This document shows, one piece after another, positions 15,151-17,725 of a stretch of 17,725 nt of DNA. The stretch comes from Promethearchaeota archaeon. GTDB lineage: Archaea; Asgardarchaeota; Lokiarchaeia; Sigyniarchaeales; SOKP01. The translations under genes and the position numbers were made by a program. The stretch lies in NCBI GenBank assembly GCA_004524535.1, contig SDNY01000074.1, positions 1 to 17,725 of the forward strand. Reading direction: 5' to 3'. How positions within the stretch are numbered: the stretch's first letter is position 1; the number at the start of each line of letters is the position of its first letter. Below the pieces are notes generated by a model that saw only the letters and a program-made list of their open reading frames with translations, did no database searches and was not told the DNA's origin.

Positions 15151-17541
15151 ATGATTGGACTTTTTTTATGTGATTGCGGAAAAAATATTAGTGGTGTTAT
15201 TGATAACGCTAGATTAAAAGAACATTTTGAGAAATATCCCGATTTATATGTTTTAGGAAATCAATACTTATGTTCAGAAACAGGTTTAAGCGAAATTAAG
15301 GAACAAATAAAAGAAAAAAAAATTGATCGTGTTGTTATTGCTGCTTGCTCTTTTAAATTGCATGGACAACTATTTCGTAAGACAATTGAGGAGGCAGGTA
15401 TTAATAGATTTCTTATTTCATTTGCTAATATTAGAGAGCAGAATTCATGGGTTCATCCTGATGAACCAGAAAAAGCAACTCAAAAAGCAATTGATCAAAT
15501 TAATATGGCTCTAGAACAAGTTAAACTCTTAGAACCGTTACAAGTTCAATATTCTACTGTTACACCAGCCACTTTAATTATTGGAGGAGGAATAGCGGGG
15601 ATTAAAGCAGCAATGGTAATTGCGGATGCAGGATATAAAGTGTATTTAGTAGAGAAGGACCTGACTATCGGAGGTCATATGGCTTTATTTGATAAGACTT
15701 TCCCTACATTAGATTGTTCGATTTGTATTTTGGGACCATTAATGAGTGAAGTTAATGATCATCCTAATATTGAATTATTAACATATTCGGAAGTTGAGAA
15801 GGTTGAGGGCTATGTTGGGAATTTTGATGTAGCTATAAAAAAACACCCTCGTTTTATTGTAGAAGAAAATTGTGTTGGTTGTTTTGATATATGTCGAGAT
15901 GTTTGTCCCATTGATGTTGAGGATACTTTCTTTCCGCGAAAAGCAATAGATGTTCCCTATCCTCAAGCAATCCCCCTTTTCCCTAATATAATGGAAGATT
16001 ATTGTATCGGTTGTAAAGCCTGCCAACAAGCATGTGGAGATAGAGATGCAATTGATTTTGATCAAAAGACGGAGATTGTAAACATTAATATAGGTACTAT
16101 TATTGTCGCCACAGGATTTAAAACATTCGATCCTACTTTGCTCTCAGAATTAAATTACCAGAGATATCCAGATGTTATAACTACAATGCAAATGGAACGA
16201 TTATTAAATAGTGATGGCCCAACTAAAGGAAAAGTTGTGAGACCATCAAATGGTAAACCTCCAAAAAAAGTTTCTTTTATTTTATGCGTTGGTTCAAGAA
16301 ATAAACAAATTAATCATGAATATTGCAGCCAAGTTTGTTGTAATGTGGCAATTAAACAAGCAGTTTTATTAAAAAACGAACATCCTGATATTAAAATTAA
16401 TATTTATTATACAGACATAAGGGCTGTGGGTAAAAATTGTGAAGAATTTTATAATAGAGCACGAGAAGTTTTTGGAATAAGATTTATAAAAAGTAATGTT
16501 TCAGCAGTATTAAAAAGCGATACATCTGATGAATTGTTAGTCCGTGGCGAAGATGTTATCGAGGCTCACCTTTTCGAGAATAAAACAGATTTAGTGGTTT
16601 TAGCTGTAGGTACTGAACCTGCAGAAGGAACGGATAAATTAAGCCAAATATTGAATATCTCTCAAGATCCTTATGGATTTTTACTTGAAAAACACTTAAA
16701 AGTTAAACCTTCAGAAACATCCGTAAATGGAATATATCTTGCAGGAATGATCCAAGGACCAAAAGATATCCCTTCAAGTATAGCTCAAGCAGAAAGTGCT
16801 GCAGCTAAAGCAATATCTTTAATAGCTGCCGGGAGAGTTGAATTAGATCCACATATTGTCTATTTCGATTCAGAAAAATGCGATCTTTGTAGGTTGTGCC
16901 TAAACATTTGCGGTTTTAATGCTATAGAAATAAAAAATAATCAATTAAATATAATTCAAGCTAATTGTACTGGTTGTGGGGCATGTGCAGCGATGTGTCC
17001 CAATGATGCTCTCTTTATTCCTAGTTTCACAAAACCACAAATCTCGGCTCAATTCAAATCTGTATTAGAGGAGAAAAAAGAATCTCCATTGATTGTTGGA
17101 TTCTTATGTAATTGGTGTTCTTATTTAGGTGCTGATCTTGCAGGAACTAGTAAATTGAAATATCCTACTAATATTAGATCTGTCCATGTAATGTGTACCG
17201 CAATGCTTGACCCCGCATTGGTTTTTGATGCTTTCTTTAATGGAGCGGACGGAGTCTTAATTGCGGGTTGCCATGAACAAGACTGTCATTATAAAGAAGG
17301 TTTCATAAAAGCTAAGACAAGATATGAAAGTATAAAAGAAATGCTAGCTGAATCAGGAATAAATGAAAAAAGAGTAAAGATTGTGAGTATTTCCGCAGGC
17401 GAAGGCGAAAAGTTTGCTCAAACTATCTCGGAATTTAAAGAAGAATTAGAGAAATTAGGTCCCATTAAACCAGAAGAATATAAGCACGAAGTAATGAGAG
17501 AGGAAAAAGTAAAGGAAAAAGCTCATTTGGATGAGATATGA
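15151..17541 (+). CDS. hdrA: Heterodisulfide reductase subunit A fused to a C-terminal MvhD (hydrogenase delta) domain
   Basis: CDCG, ACS, NIREQ.SWVH, GGGIAG, DKTFPTLDCSICI, CVGSR..YCSQVCC and four ferredoxin-type Cys motifs. MvhD motifs GFLCNWCSY.GAD, MCT and GCHEQDCHY follow. Confidence 0.93.
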   Translation: MIGLFLCDCGKNISGVIDNARLKEHFEKYPDLYVLGNQYLCSETGLSEIKEQIKEKKIDRVVIAACSFKLHGQLFRKTIEEAGINRFLISFANIREQNSWVHPDEPEKATQKAIDQINMALEQVKLLEPLQVQYSTVTPATLIIGGGIAGIKAAMVIADAGYKVYLVEKDLTIGGHMALFDKTFPTLDCSICILGPLMSEVNDHPNIELLTYSEVEKVEGYVGNFDVAIKKHPRFIVEENCVGCFDICRDVCPIDVEDTFFPRKAIDVPYPQAIPLFPNIMEDYCIGCKACQQACGDRDAIDFDQKTEIVNINIGTIIVATGFKTFDPTLLSELNYQRYPDVITTMQMERLLNSDGPTKGKVVRPSNGKPPKKVSFILCVGSRNKQINHEYCSQVCCNVAIKQAVLLKNEHPDIKINIYYTDIRAVGKNCEEFYNRAREVFGIRFIKSNVSAVLKSDTSDELLVRGEDVIEAHLFENKTDLVVLAVGTEPAEGTDKLSQILNISQDPYGFLLEKHLKVKPSETSVNGIYLAGMIQGPKDIPSSIAQAESAAAKAISLIAAGRVELDPHIVYFDSEKCDLCRLCLNICGFNAIEIKNNQLNIIQANCTGCGACAAMCPNDALFIPSFTKPQISAQFKSVLEEKKESPLIVGFLCNWCSYLGADLAGTSKLKYPTNIRSVHVMCTAMLDPALVFDAFFNGADGVLIAGCHEQDCHYKEGFIKAKTRYESIKEMLAESGINEKRVKIVSISAGEGEKFAQTISEFKEELEKLGPIKPEEYKHEVMREEKVKEKAHLDEI

Positions 17542-17613
17542 AAGACTTTTCAAATTATTATTAGGTTCTCTTAAAAATTAATCTTTATTATATTTAAAAT
17601 ATTAAAAACTATT

Positions 17614-17725
17614 ATGAAAGAGAATGGAAATAATAGATATGTGATTGATTCATTTCATTCTAAAACCTTAGAAGGAAATCCTTTAGGGACAACTGCTGAT
17701 CGAGATATTAACATCTATTTACCTC
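17614..17725 (+). CDS. 5' fragment of a putative esterase (alpha/beta hydrolase, enterochelin-esterase-like), cut by the window end
   Basis: ATG 17614 opens MKENGNNRYVIDSFHSKTLEGNPLGTTADRDINIYLP, matching the S..L.GNPLG....R...YLP N-terminus of this family. Not in the ORF track. Confidence 0.65.
   Translation, partial: MKENGNNRYVIDSFHSKTLEGNPLGTTADRDINIYLP

Noticed and set aside
7894-16065. ORFs 7894..8082, 8109..8348, 10496..10711, 11494..11877, 12145..12330, 14756..14983, 15323..15514 and 15778..16065
   Set aside because: All are nested within well-supported longer genes and lack motifs.
15151-17541. Selenocysteine recoding in HdrA/MvhD
   Set aside because: There is no internal TGA, the ligand positions are ordinary Cys codons, and the terminal TGA follows a complete MvhD domain.
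1-17725. tRNA, rRNA, CRISPR array, transposase or integrase
   Set aside because: No cloverleaf, rRNA-like GC-rich tract, regularly spaced repeat array or recombinase motif was seen by eye.

Overview
AT-rich archaeal DNA. The gene content (ubiquitin-like protein, E1, E2, Rpn11-like JAB protease, longin domain, Rab-like GTPase, HdrA-MvhD) points to Asgard archaea, probably Lokiarchaeia; this assignment is inference. The left third holds a ubiquitin-conjugation locus. On the minus strand run longin/degenerate-GTPase fusion, JAB, E1, a disrupted repeat-containing nuclease-like gene and E2. A convergent ubiquitin-like gene ending in GG-F faces them, and no RING E3 is visible. The most notable observation is in the E2 gene. 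It extends to an ATG at 1819 but is interrupted by an in-frame stop inside a 30-nt segment (1766-1795) that folds like a bulge-helix-bulge (BHB) intron. Cutting at the canonical BHB positions restores a 188-aa E2 in frame. The rest of the window encodes an FAD oxidoreductase, a palindrome-rich intergenic region (ncRNA candidate), an MBL hydrolase, a Rab-like GTPase, a single-chain restriction-modification enzyme, a YkgJ protein, an HdrA-MvhD fusion and the start of an esterase. All calls come from reading motifs by eye; no searches were run.
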